64,000 nucleotides of DNA from the NCBI GenBank assembly GCA_002189035.1, contig CM007990.1, positions 868,001-932,000 on the forward strand, written 5' to 3'. Both the position numbers and the translations under genes were made by a program. The notes under the pieces were generated by a model that searched no databases, was not told where the DNA came from, and saw only the letters and a list, made by a program, of their open reading frames with translations. The stretch comes from Utricularia gibba (Eukaryota; Plantae; Magnoliophyta). Shown here piece after piece: positions 49,621 through 64,000 of the stretch. Each line of letters starts with the position of its first letter. Positions within the stretch are counted from its first letter, which is position 1.

Positions 49621-52058
49621 CTATTGTGTGAGGGGCACACAGTCCAGCTCAATATCCAGCTCTCCACATTCGACATTCTGCAACCTCATAGTGAATTCCT
49701 GCTTGGCTCGACCATCCTCCAAGAAGATGACACCAACACCATCTCTCTCCTCCTTTGATTTCGAATTGTCTTGATCTGTTGTATTACTTCCAGAGCTAGA
49801 GCTCTCTGAAGCTCTTGCAGCAGATAGCAATGGCTGAATATCGATTTCAGCACTGCCCATGAAGTCATCTGCTGAAAACTTGTCTTTGTCGTATACAAAC
49901 TGCCAAATAATTAAACTCAAAACTCAGTCTAGCAAAGCTTTATTCCAGTGAACTAGCTAGCTACTCCATGGTCTTGGTTGATTCATACTCAAAATACACT
50001 ACTTACCAGCTTCAGAGGAGGAATGTTTTCGGGAATAGAAAACATAAGCTTCTCATTCCAAACTGGGTTCAGGTTGTTTTTTATGACCCGTGTCTTCATC
50101 GTCTGCAGAACCAAAAAAAAAGTATTTCCAGTAAACTGAACTCAATCCACTCCAACAAGAGGGAAAGACGATGAGATTTACTTGATTTCCTAGTTGGAGC
50201 ACAACATATGGATCACTAGTCATGATATCTCGTACAGCTAAGTTTGTGCCCTTGAGCACATTGACAGTGATCAATCCCACAAATTCAACCATACCTGCCT
50301 GTAGAAACAATGAAAAAAAAAATTAGAATTCTGTATCTTCCACCGAGAATAAAGCATAATGGAGAAGATCAAAGCTGACGGAAATGGAGAATTAATCCAG
50401 AGGGCCTATTGGTTTTTGGTCATTGAAAGCTGAGATAGAAATGCTAAGTGTAAGATCAGGAAATACCTTAGAGTCACATTCCTTTTTTGGCTTATGTTCA
50501 AACTTCTTCCAGCTGTTACGAAATGCATGTCCAAGACCATGGGTACGGGTGCTCGAGGCATTTCTTTCACAGTGTTTCTTCTCGTGTGATGGAGGAGGAA
50601 AGGGACAAGTTAAAGGACCAGAGTGAGGGGATGATGGAGATAAAGGAAGAAGGTCAGACAAGTGTACATCTCTTTTCATAAACTCCTGCAACTCATATTT
50701 TCTCCTGAGCATCCAAGAGTCAGCAGCTCAGAATGTATGTAGAATGGCTCCTAAAAAACTTGGCAGAACGGTAGTGCAAGAACCTTATGAAGTCAGTTCG
50801 TTTCCCTGCAGAGGAATCTGGATCAGGTTTACTATAATGTTCTGGAATATGGGCTTCATATTTCATGTTCACAGCATTGTTTCCTCCCATCTCAATCAAA
50901 GCATCGACTTGCTCATCACTCCATTCGTCTAGAGTGACGGATAAAACCTGTTCAAATTACAAACTGTTAATCAAATAGTACCTTGACTGGCATTACTACA
51001 CAAGCCACTACGAGATGTAGAAGCATAACGAGTATTTTAACTTGGAAAAAATAGCATTTTACAAGCATAAAACCTTTGATATATGGACTCCGAGGCTTCT
51101 ATGTACACCAGAGCACTTTATACAGATGAATGCTCCAATGTTCAAAGATCTGGATTCAACAGTATAAAACAAATGACAGATGCCATGTAGTAAAAGGGAA
51201 AAGTAGCATGAGTAGGGGCCCTGTATGGCGAATTAATTTTCAATCTAGTTTCATTTGCTGGTGGGAGTCTAAACGCCAATCGCACATGAAACAACATACA
51301 ACAAAAGCTCCAAAGCACCCAACTTGAGAGGCATCACAAATAGTACAGTAAGGGATATAATTGGGGAAACATCTGATATGAGTTCGAGCTTGCGCTTTGT
51401 GCATATATTTCAGATTTGAAATGACAAGAATCTGCATGTAATTTGAGGTAGCTTAAAATAAATTGGTCAATACGGTAAGCAACTCTTACACCCATTTAGG
51501 TTCTGGAGATCCACAATCAGCACATGAATCATTTCCAGCGACAAAAAGCAAATCTTTCAGTCTCTTTTGAACGTCTAAGCCACAAAGAAAAGTGATTACA
51601 TCAGAGTCAACGGCAAAGAATTTCGAATCTATCTAACAACAAGACATGGCAAACATCGATCCTATAGCATTTTCGGAATACGATCCAAATCAACATCGAG
51701 TCAGATAACCACACCACAGCGTTCATAAAAGATGAAAATAATGAATAACAGCTTACCTTTGGCACAAGATGTTTGCGACTTCCTTGGAATGTCTTCCATG
51801 TCCGAAGAAACATCCACTTGGAGCAGGTCATAGAGGCGAGAACCTGATTCATCCCAAAAACTACTGGAGATCAAATGAAAATCATTCACCTTCCAAGGAT
51901 GGGGTTTGGCGGTTAAAATCATTCACTGTAAGAAGTAGATAAATCTGCCGAACCAGTTGCATCACAGTCCAAGATAATACAAAGAAAAAAAATAGTGAGA
52001 AGAACAAGAAACCTTGAGAATTCCCAGTAGATGCCTCTTTTCTATGGCGGAAGGACAT
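49621..52058 (-). CDS. AGD11: ARF GTPase-activating protein with C2 domain (AGD11-type)
   Basis: [23 protein letters not shown]..; zinc finger [31 protein letters not shown]; LGHAFRNSW; C2 domain [45 protein letters not shown]; ends LDCVPLTQ*. Confidence 0.88.
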
Positions 52059-53076
52059 TTCAGCCTAGGAAACTCAGACCAAACGCCAACCTAGCCGTCA
52101 AAAAACCACATTTTTTTCTGCATTGACCACAAGGGTCACAATAAAATGAACCAAGATTCAAATTTCACCGCAACCCCAGAAATCTGATTGGCGAAACAAA
52201 AAGGGGATTGAAATGTAAACTAATGTACGCACCATCAACGGCTGCATCCGCGAAATGCACCATATTTAGAGAGCAAACCATCCGAAAGTCGCTCAAAAAG
52301 CGGCTGCATGAAATCGCATCAAAGGCATTAAATCTGGGTTTTGACAATTGCATGATTGCAATGAACAGCAATCCATAACCGAAACAGGAGACCGGTTGCC
52401 TACGATAAGGGACGGGACAAAAACTTTTTTGGTAGGTGGGCAGTTGAGCGCGAAATGTTGAGAAAAATATGAGCCATTGGGGTCCATCAGAATGATTTCT
52501 GTAATCACCCCCCATTCATCATCAACTAATGACGATGAGCTTTACTCTGGATCATCTATGATCAGAAATACAGTTGCCCTTGATCAAGCAAATCACTTGA
52601 AGATCCAGGGTTTCTTGATTTGTGGACACAATTCCCCATCTGCATTTACAATACAATTCCCCACATTTTAACATATGCGTCATATTTAGTTTTTATATTT
52701 TGCTGTATCAAATATATTTAATTTCAATTTTTTTATTTCAATCATTTTTAGTTTAAAAACCATACATATTTAATCTTCAGTTTTTTCGATGTCGACGATC
52801 TTTCGATAATAGTAAAATTTGATTAGAAAAAAAATTATGTTTTATAATTCGATATCAATTGTATCACTAATATTTATAGTGGATACTTTTTTAATCCATT
52901 TTTCAAATAATAGAATCCAATTATAAATTTTTTAAAAACAATGGGGATTAAAATACTGTTTATGAGGACGAACTATAACATTCAAATAAATATAATGACT
53001 ATTATCACAATTTTTCCAAATAATAATAATAAGAAGAAGAAGAAGAAGCAAAACATACAACAAAATATATATCTAA

Positions 53077-53315
53077 AGGTGTGTTCTGGAAAACTTTTAT
53101 AACATACTTTTAATTTTGTACAAATACTTTTCAAAAGTAGAAGTAAAGTTAGCAAAATCACATACCTTATGACTTATGTAAAAGTTTTTTTTATTGTATG
53201 ATTTCAAAAGTACTTCTAATAAAAGTACTTTTGAAAATAAGGGTGTTTTGAAAAAAAATAACTTTTACTTTCATATAAGTAAAAGTTATACATAAAAGTT
53301 TTACATAACACACCC
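53077..53315. mobile_element. Tourist/PIF-Harbinger-like MITE
   Basis: TIRs AGGTGTGTT / AACACACCC. TAA duplication at 53074-53076 and 53316-53318. AT-rich interior with repeated AAAAGT/ACTTTT. Confidence 0.7.
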
Positions 53316-53705
53316 TAAATGTATTCAAGGGTGAATTGGTAATTTCTATTCAAGAATCAGACTCCATGACTGCTCTCCCGTAAACGGGCTTCTTGCATTT
53401 CAGAGGTGGGCCAAGCAAGATAAGGAAGGAAGCTCATCATGCAACCCTTACTAATCTCAGCCCAATATAAATGAGCCCACCAATCCGAACATGTCCATAT
53501 TTTTGTTAACAAAAGAAAATAATAATAACAATTGGACCGACCAATCCGAGGGCGAAAACTCAGAAGGAGCAAGTAGTCCAATAAGTCGAAGAGAGCCCCC
53601 ACCTTCGCTGCACTTGCACTTGGTGCCACCAGGCCATCTTCTCGCATAATTTCCCGTGCACTTGCGCATTAAAAAACTCGCTTCGCTGCACTCCACGTTT
53701 CCACA

Positions 53706-53707
<2 letters not shown>

Positions 53708-53737
<30 letters not shown>
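53708..53737. repeat. (CAG)10 trinucleotide repeat
   Basis: Seen directly, inside an unexplained GC-rich island. Confidence 0.9.
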
Positions 53738-53740
<3 letters not shown>

Positions 53741-54786
53741 CCGCCGCACCAGGAGCAAGAGCAGTATTATAATAAGTAATATCATTAATTAGTAATCAAT
53801 TGTATCTAATTATATAATCTTCACCATTTATTTGGTAATTCTACTTAATTCATAAGTAGAAGTTTTTGAATAAGTAGAACTAAAATAAATAGCTGTAATT
53901 TATACAACTTATTATTTATTCATGAAAAACAAATATTTTTTGATTTCGTTCAAATTTGATGTATTAGAAGGTAAGGCATTTGTTGAAATAAGTTTGATTA
54001 TTTATTTTGATAAGTTAAGTTTTAAAATATAAATGTAGGCAAATTTAAAATAAGTAGAAGTTAAGTATAAATTTGAGTAAAAGTTACAAATAATTAAAAA
54101 TCAAATAGTTATGTAACAATTAATTTTAAATTCTACTTACAATTATAAGTTAAAAAATAAGTATTGCATATTATATCTTAATATTTTCTAATATAATTCA
54201 TATTTATTATGTATTTAAACTTCATTATGCTCGATCCATCGAATCATGAATTTCAACAAATAATGTAGCACCCACCCATTCCACCGACTTCACCTGCATA
54301 ATTCAATCCCGGAACGGGTTGGGTTGGGTTGGGGTTGAACCGGCGGTCTCTCTCCGAGCCCCAGAAAGGGATGCCGACATGAAGCTAGTGTTAGTTGTGT
54401 GCGTTGACGGGCCAACCCACTTCCTTCCTTCCTGTACCATATTATCCATTCATTCGATCCCAACGTGCCTCCCACAACAACCAGGACCTCCATTTTGCAA
54501 GTGGCTCGTGTGTCGGGTGGCATCAAGAACATATGTTATTAGTATTGCTTCATTCATATGATGCTGTAATTTGCTCCCTTTTAAATTCATTTATATCAAA
54601 CATATGCATGTATTTTGTAAAAAATATTATCATTTATTACACATTTGATATAATAAAATTGAATTATAATATTACTAAAACACTCATATAATTTTTTTCA
54701 AATAATAAATATTTTATATTTTATCCAACGATGAACAAATTCTCCTCTTTTATACAAATTCATTAATCCCTATATCGAATATTTGA

Positions 54787-54791
<5 letters not shown>

Positions 54792-54834
<43 letters not shown>
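54792..54834. repeat. (TA)n microsatellite, about 21 units
   Basis: Seen directly. Confidence 0.9.
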
Positions 54835-54837
<3 letters not shown>

Positions 54838-56751
54838 TGTATACGTATCCAATAAATTTTTATTAAAAAATTAACAAGTATTATTATTTAATAACCTTAT
54901 TCAATTCTATAATTATAATTTTATTTTATTTCAATATTGGTATCGTGGATTACCTTTTTTCATTAGTATTAAAGTTATATTAATTCATTAATATTTCCGA
55001 TATTAGACTTTTTTTAAAATATTGATTAATAATATTTTTTAAATTTTATATATCAAGTTAATTGTTTTTATTATATACTTTATATATTTTTAAAATACGG
55101 ATATATCTAAGTTTCATAAATTCTCATATTCTTATCCGACTGTCCGTACATCTTCGAATCCATGAACCGGCACTTGTGCATCATATAATTTTTCCATATT
55201 ATCTTAATTCACCTAATAAAAAAGGATAATATTAATAATAATATAGTTTTAAGAAGGGGATTTTGTCGGGAGTGCACGACTAGACTCATTTGAACGGGTC
55301 AATCGTGGGGGTTGTCCTCACCGCACTCTAACAAATCATGGGGATGCGCACATGGGAGTGTCGCCTTCCCTTGTCTGCAACTCCCTTCAACAGTAATAAC
55401 ATTATTTTTTCCCAGAAATATCATCTCCTGTATACACATGCACACCAAAGTTGATTCGGACAAGGAACTACATTCATCATTATTACAAAATTGAAAGAAG
55501 AAAATGCATATGCATATGCTAAGTGGGCTACAACACACTTCCACAAAAAGTTGGGAACATGTGGACAAGGGCATCTCCCCACGAGCTTTACTTGTCAGTA
55601 GAGTACAGAGCACACGTGGAACTCTGGGTACCCATGTTAGTGATAACCATGTCGGCTTAAGCCACTGGTGACACGGACAGCTAGCTAATGAGCAGCACCA
55701 TCAAACCATGGGATCAATCACACGCATGCAGAGGAAGGAACACATGTATCACCAACATAACGTGTGGAAGCCTCACAGAAGCGTACTTTCAGAAGCAGTG
55801 GAAGATCCCACCTACCTCCCAGTCCAGAGAGGCACAGAAGTAGCTGGGAAGAAGTTGAGGGTGGGAGGATGATGTAAGTGCATCAGGAGGAGAACATGGA
55901 CCCGTAGATCAAAACCAGAGAGATGTATTTAAGGCCAGAAATGTGCAGTAAGTGCAGTAGAAACTGATGTCAGTGAGAGTAACATGTCAAGGAGGAGCCA
56001 TACGGTTGTTGGTCCATGTGTCGGGAGCAAAGGTCCAAAGATGGTTTAGCACACAGGTTCAAGCTCATATTCTGACTAAATAATTGGAAAACCGGTTATG
56101 ACAAAACAGGGAACTCAACCCCCCTTTTCTTCATAAGAAATTTTATATACTTTGTGCGCCTTCACCTCAGTCAGTGTCACCCTGTGTTCAGCACACAGGA
56201 ACAAATACATGCTTTGCCAAAACCATTGAAAAAGTAAGCCAGCTACAGTTTAGGAAAAAAAAAGGAGCCCCTCCTTTTTGCGTATGAAAGTCTATATCTG
56301 GTGTGTGCCTTCACCTCTGTCAGTATCACCGTATCAGTGTTCAAGATACGGGATGTAGCAGCTTCTAAAGATGAAGAGATTCACATCAGGATTGCGTTAT
56401 TAAGAGGGTTGAGCCAGGAGAATTTTGTCCTTTTCTGGAAAAGGAAGAAAATGTGGCTGACAAAAAAGAAAGCAAGAAGATCTATGGAAATCTCGTCATG
56501 GTGGGGACACCTTTTATCTAAGTGTTTCCCCTGCAGTCGGGAGACCTCAGTAACTAGAAATAAAAATAAAAAATAGTCATTTCAACTAATATGAAAGCAA
56601 TCATGCAACTAGACTGTTTCCAACCGAATATTTGGCTTTGACTACGTGGATTCTACCACCCATAAACTCTACTTCATATTCTAGGTATATCCAACAGACA
56701 TGTCTGTACTAGAAGTCCTGCATTTTTTTTTCTTCACCTCCCCCTGGAAAC

Positions 56752-58724
<1,973 letters not shown>

Positions 58725-59405
58725 CGCAAAGGTTAAGTCAGAAGAGGCCAATGCGATAATCGGATGAAGAAAATGGATCCATTGGTCCTTCATTGATTAA
58801 AATAGTCCCTGTATCAATTCCATCTGTAAAGAGAAATGTGCAGCCACTGAAAGCATCATCTTGTGTCTCAGTATGCAAATATGTAGGAAAGACTACTCAA
58901 CGTCATCAATGAATCAAATATGATAATATGCCAAATCAACATTTTTACCCTCGCCATCGCCATGCATGCGCACTCCAGTCCCATTCCCTTTCCCGCTGCT
59001 TGTCTTCGATGCTAAAACATTCATTATTCAATGAAACTGGTCGATATCAGAACCACCTCGAAATCAACAACATGTACCTAATCCCTCATCCCCATCTTCG
59101 CTCAACTCCGCATTGCATTTTTCAACGTCCTCGTCTCCTTCCGCGAAGCCTCACCATCGTTGATTCCCTCATCCGATTCTCCTGACCTTCCGAGGTGCAT
59201 TCTCCTTTTTTCCGATAAGCCGGCGTCTCTTCACGTTTATGTTTCTTTTTTTTTTTAATACCATTTTTCTTTTTTTTTTAAATAGTAATTTCTTAATTAA
59301 TAAACAAATTCATTTTTATTATTGTATTACCACATTAAATCTACGATAAATTACAAAGGCTAATGCCTCCTCCCTCCTCCCCCTTCCCCGCCGGCGCCGG
59401 CGGAT

Positions 59406-61232
59406 TCAGTTCATCAGCAGAGACGGCTGAAAGATGGAGTGCCTCTGTGCGATCTCAATACGCTCTCGAGGATCGTTCATCGTCTCGTCTGTGAGCGCTT
59501 GCAGAATCCCATCACAGGGAAGCTCCCTACACACACACAATGAGAGCGATGGATGACATTTGGATTCCCAAATCAAGAATCATGAGACAGTTCACCTTGT
59601 TATGAGTATCTTGAAGAGTGTCTTCAAGATGGGGCACAGCTCTCCTGGGGCAATATGCTTTCTCTCACTATGGTGTTGAATGCTCAAACGGGACTTGCCC
59701 AGCAGCTCGTAGAAGGCTTTCACAGCAGAAACTCCCTGTGATCATCGCATGAATCCGGATCCTCTGTAAAGTCAAAAGGAGATGTTTTGAGGTCTGTACT
59801 GCACCTGAATCATTCCCTTGCCCTTGATGCTATCCCCCATGTCGATGTTTATTTCGCCCTTAGCCAGCATTTGCCCATACCATGCATTCCGGCCCTTCAG
59901 CAGGGTCACGTAGGTGTCTGCCAGAAGAGGGCCTGCAAGCTTCTCAGGCTCCTCTGTCAAAAGATGGGTGATGAAGATCATCTCCGACGTGCAGTGAGCA
60001 AAGTAAACGGACTTGCTCGTCGCGCTCTCGTTTGTGAGTGCAGCCACCATGCCTGAGCAATCAAGATGAGAGCTTGCAACAAAGTCTGTGCACCATTTTG
60101 ACAACAAGAATGATGATGATTCAAAGCTTTTGTACCTGCTCCTACTGCATAGACGTTCTTCAGACCTCCCATGACTTCGTGAGTGATAAGGTCTCCATTA
60201 TCCCAGACGATGAACTGAGGCTGTCTCAGAAACCTTGCTAGTGGCTTTCTCCATTTCTCTGCTCCACATATCCGAGCATTAGCATACTCCTTGTTGTAAA
60301 TCTCTGATGCGATATTTGGACCTCCAAGATACAGTATGTTTTCCATGGGAACTCCAGCTGAACATTTACCATGACAGATAAAAATATGAGCTCAACAACA
60401 GCACAGCACAGTGCAGACCATGGCATCATATGAAGAGATCAACTGATAACTTCAATTCTAAAGTTAAAACATATGGTTTCAACACTGCGTAAGTTAAGGA
60501 ATTTGCTTGAGAGTAGAGCAGCAGATACCACAAATGAATGAAGAGAAAGAAGTGCATCATCATCTTACTTGCTCGATTTATCATCTGAGTTGGGGTGACT
60601 ATTCGAGGTTCAGGTTCCAACTCTGCCTCAATTCCCTTGGCTAAAGAAATGATGACCGGCTGTGTGACTCGTTCCTTCCAATAACGGCTGATTTCGGCAA
60701 ACACTTCCTTAGTTTCAGTTGAAGGCAGCCCATTGATGACAATATCAGCATCCCAGACAGCCTCCTGTAAGTTGGTCACAACCTTTAAAGGACAAAGAGG
60801 GGTATCAATCATGTTCAGGCAGAACCCATCTTTCAGTATCTCATCAGCATACAGAACTCGATCACCTAATCTTCCTTCCACATACTTCAGATATGCACAT
60901 CGTCTTATCAGCCTCCTCAGCACATCTTCCCTGGAGTTGATGATCTCGAATAGATGCTCAGCTGTAGCTCTATCAACAGCCCTCCCAGCTCTTCTCCATA
61001 TCCTTATCTGTACCTTATCACGCAGCATTCCATAGGCATCTTGTAGAAGTGCACTAAAGACACTTCCCCATGCCCCTGCACCTACACCCACGATCCTCAG
61101 TGGATCTCCATCAGCTTTCCCAAACAACTCCCGAAGCTCGTCAACTTTATGATCCAATGAGCCATTTGTTCTTTGAATTTGCCCATTCGTGTACACATTA
61201 CCATCAGCAGTGGCCTCAGCAGCACCCTCCAT
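59406..61232 (-). CDS. GPDHC1: Cytosolic NAD+-dependent glycerol-3-phosphate dehydrogenase; 5 coding exons
   Basis: [15 protein letters not shown]; ISLAKGIE; [10 protein letters not shown]; [16 protein letters not shown]; [16 protein letters not shown]; [13 protein letters not shown]; [12 protein letters not shown]. Confidence 0.93.
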
Positions 61233-62050
61233 TTCAAAAAAAAAATAATCCCCTAAAATTAAGGAGCTGCATAATCAGCAACAAGCCGAATTACAGAGAA
61301 AAGCCAAGGATACACATTTTTAACGATAACAAAAAACCCATAGCCGCCTTCCAAGCATAACAATATCCTCTAAATGTACAAAAACGGCTTTGATGAGCAT
61401 ACCTGCACCCTTCTGAGCAAGCGTCAAGCTACAGAGGACGAAAAGAAAAGAGCACGATCCTGATCTCCTTGTCCCGCAGGATTGTGACGTGGATCTGAAA
61501 AGGGGATCAAACCCAACTGTTTGATCGATTATTCAACTGCTCAGCGGAAGGAAAGCTTCACAGAAATCACAAAAAAATGTCTTTTCCAAGACGGCATTAA
61601 GATATGATTGAAGGCGACAGTAACAAAGAAGCTTCATATGTATACATATATAATAATACATGTCTTTTTCTCCGCCGGCTGATCTCCGGTCAGTCAAAGC
61701 ATGAAATTTTTGTGAAACTATTCCCAAACAACACACTTTTGGTTTGAACTTGGGAAATTTCTCTTTTTTCCGGCGTTAATCAAATTAGACATGGATGAGT
61801 ACCCTGGACAGTTTTTCAGTTTGGGTCTAACATTGAAAATCTGACTTCTACTACAACTGAGAAAATGAGTTTTTTTTTCGTAAATGTTAAAAGATCAAGA
61901 GAGTGTAGACTGGAGGGGAACCAGTTGAGATGACTAAAACATGAAAACATATGATTCCAAGGAGTACATCATCGCCTGGCATGTCAGGAGCATTACAAAC
62001 AACCTGTTGCCAGTCCTTCCTTTCAAGGGAAGTTTAGAGTGCGTTGTTTA

Positions 62051-63379
62051 TTACGTTTCTGTAGACGACTCGGCGTGCTTTCTTACAAAGAGCTTGCTTA
62101 TGTCCTCTGTCACAATGTTGCTCCTGCAAAATAAAGATGTGAATTAATTCAACCATGGCAGAAAAGAAGGTATGGAAGAGCATGAATGGCATACCTCCCA
62201 GTAAGCTGAGGAGGGAGTAATCGACCACCAACAGTATCTGGAGAAGTCTTCAAGTGAGGCAACAGCCCTTTAGAGATTTTTCTATGAGGGTTCTGGGCAA
62301 CTGATTCATTATGGTCTCTTTTCCGGGATTCACTTTCTGCCATTGCAGCTGCGACCCATGATGAGTGGTTGGATGCTCTCAGTGGATTAGACGGCAACAT
62401 AGGCGAATTCAGTAAAAGAGAGGCATCAGGGAGCTTCAGGTCAGGTAACGGATCAGGAGGAATGGCAGCCTTTTGACTAGTTGTGGAATTCAAAGATATC
62501 CTGAAAGTTAACACCACATCAATAAGCACACTGTAAAGAGTTTTACAATAAGTAGAAGCATACAGGAAAAAAGCCACAAGGTACAATCACAAAGCTAAGA
62601 GAAACTGAGAGGGCGCTTTCATTTTTAGATTTCGGTTAGAATCGCATGATTATTTCAAGCTGTATGCATCCATGATTAATGGTTAAAATTTAAAAGTAGC
62701 AGATAGCAAGATTCAATCTGAGGCAACAAAAACACTGAAGAACTGTAAAACAGCCGTCTCTATAGCTGCACATCACCGTGTGCCATAAAGAACAAAAGGA
62801 AACTACTCCACAGGAAGCCAATTTCGCGTACACAGATTGCAGGCATGACGTTATGGGCACTTGATTACAAGGCCTAAAAATACATTCTTCCCGATCAGAA
62901 AGCAAAGAAAACTTTTTGCAACTAAGTTCTTGATTAGTAAATGTGGCTTCAACTCAATAAACTAAACAATGTCGGATTTTGATGCTCTACCCAGTATCAC
63001 AAAGGAAGAGAAAGTCATAAAATCACCTCAGCTACACCAACTACATGATACTAGAATGCATCAATTCCGTTTTCCTTTGCTCCATACCACCCATAAATCC
63101 AAAACACCTACTGCACGCATCCCAACTTAGAAGCCAATGAGCAAGGAGGGAGTTTATAACAACGACACCATTCTCTCAGAGAAGATGAACAGGACGAAGC
63201 AATTACCTCTGGCCGGATTTTGACGGATTATCCTCCGGAGTCCTTTCGCTGGGTGCAGAAACCCCAAAACGCGGTCGTTTTGAGGTGCTTTGTTTCGACT
63301 CCTCCGCATCTTTGCCCTCGTCAACGTGATATACTGGCTCGTCTTCGTCGGAGGAGGCGGCGTAATCAACCAGCGACAT
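62051..63379 (-). CDS. Conserved plant protein of unknown function (3 exons)
   Basis: Exons 63379-63207 (MSLVDYAASSDEDE..), 62500 to about 62195 (LPDASLLLNSP..VAAAMAESESRKRD..PDTVGGRLLPPQLTG), and last exon RSNIVTEDISKLFVRK..*. Splices in frame. Confidence 0.75.
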
Positions 63380-63596
63380 GATCCACGGCTGACGGATTCT
63401 GGATTCTCCCCCTCGTCGACCAGTTCTTCCTTCGCAGAGGCCAAATATCTTAAAAATTTCATTTCTTTTCCCATAAAAAAATATCCTCGTCGACACAACG
63501 GTAATAGTAAAAAGATTAAACTGTAATTATTAATTATTTACTGTACAGTAATTCATTCATCTACACACGCGCACACCGCTGCTCCGTAGACCCCCG

Positions 63597-64000
63597 CTAG
63601 GGCTTCCTGCTCAGTTCATCCCTGTAACAATCCAGGAGCTTGTTCCTCGCAGCGAAAGCTTCCGAGAACAGAGCTTCCGCCGCCTTCTCGATTCCTTCGA
63701 TCCCCTTCTCCAGGAGCTCCAATGCCATCTCCAGCCTCTCCACGCCTTCACCGGTTGAAGCTATTCCTTCTACCGCAGCGTTCACTTCCTTCACTTCCTC
63801 CGTTACGCCATCTCCGTTTTCGCTGAATCTCAAATCCAATCCCTTCACCAGCGATGAATCATGTATGGAAATGATTGATTCTCGTGTTTCCAGGTATACT
63901 CCTCGTTCGCTGCATAAACATGAAAGCACGAATGCTAGTGATAAAACGCTAGTGTCCCCTGCAATCGCCAATCCAGCAACAGCCATTCTTTCTTTATCTG
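63597..64000 (-). CDS. C-terminal part of a probable BPS1/ROH1 (DUF793)-like protein, truncated by the window edge
   Basis: ..EVKEVNAAVE..LEKGIEGIEKAAEALFSEAFAARNKLLD..* resembles the BPS1-family C-terminal helix pattern as I recall it. Confidence 0.5.
   Translation of the reverse strand, partial: DKERMAVAGLAIAGDTSVLSLAFVLSCLCSERGVYLETRESIISIHDSSLVKGLDLRFSENGDGVTEEVKEVNAAVEGIASTGEGVERLEMALELLEKGIEGIEKAAEALFSEAFAARNKLLDCYRDELSRKP

Noticed and set aside
54230-56100. miRNA precursor or small gene upstream of CKX
   Set aside because: I saw no match to the conserved plant miRNAs I recall and no long fold-back. The ORFs lack motifs, and the region looks like cis-regulatory DNA (CACGTG/CATG-rich).

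Overview
This is plant (eudicot-like) nuclear DNA from a compact, gene-dense genome with short GT-AG introns. No prokaryotic features are present. Reconstructed by hand from splice sites: an RRM RNA-binding protein, a UBC8-type E2 whose catalytic Cys is Ser, a DUF677/UPF0496 protein, a small membrane ORF, an AGCVIII kinase, two conserved plant proteins of unknown function, two paralogous F-box genes, a PP2A catalytic subunit, the BPG2/YqeH GTPase, tRNA-Ser(GCU), histone H3.1, a subfamily IX bHLH, TSR1, a GH2 beta-galactosidase, an AGD11-type ARF-GAP/C2 protein, CKX, cytosolic GPDH and a truncated BPS1-like ORF. MITE-like elements, a 71-bp minisatellite and microsatellites lie between genes. 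The main anomaly is at about 19.0-21.1 kb: an inverted, deletion-eroded copy of the TSR1/F-box/beta-galactosidase region at 38-48 kb. There the F-box copy lacks, precisely, a 634-nt intron bounded by AGGTA repeats that the other copy has, and its 3' flank is antisense TSR1 sequence. Four conserved genes each carry a single missing C, most likely assembly errors. Gene models and family calls come from manual translation and remembered homologues, not from database searches.
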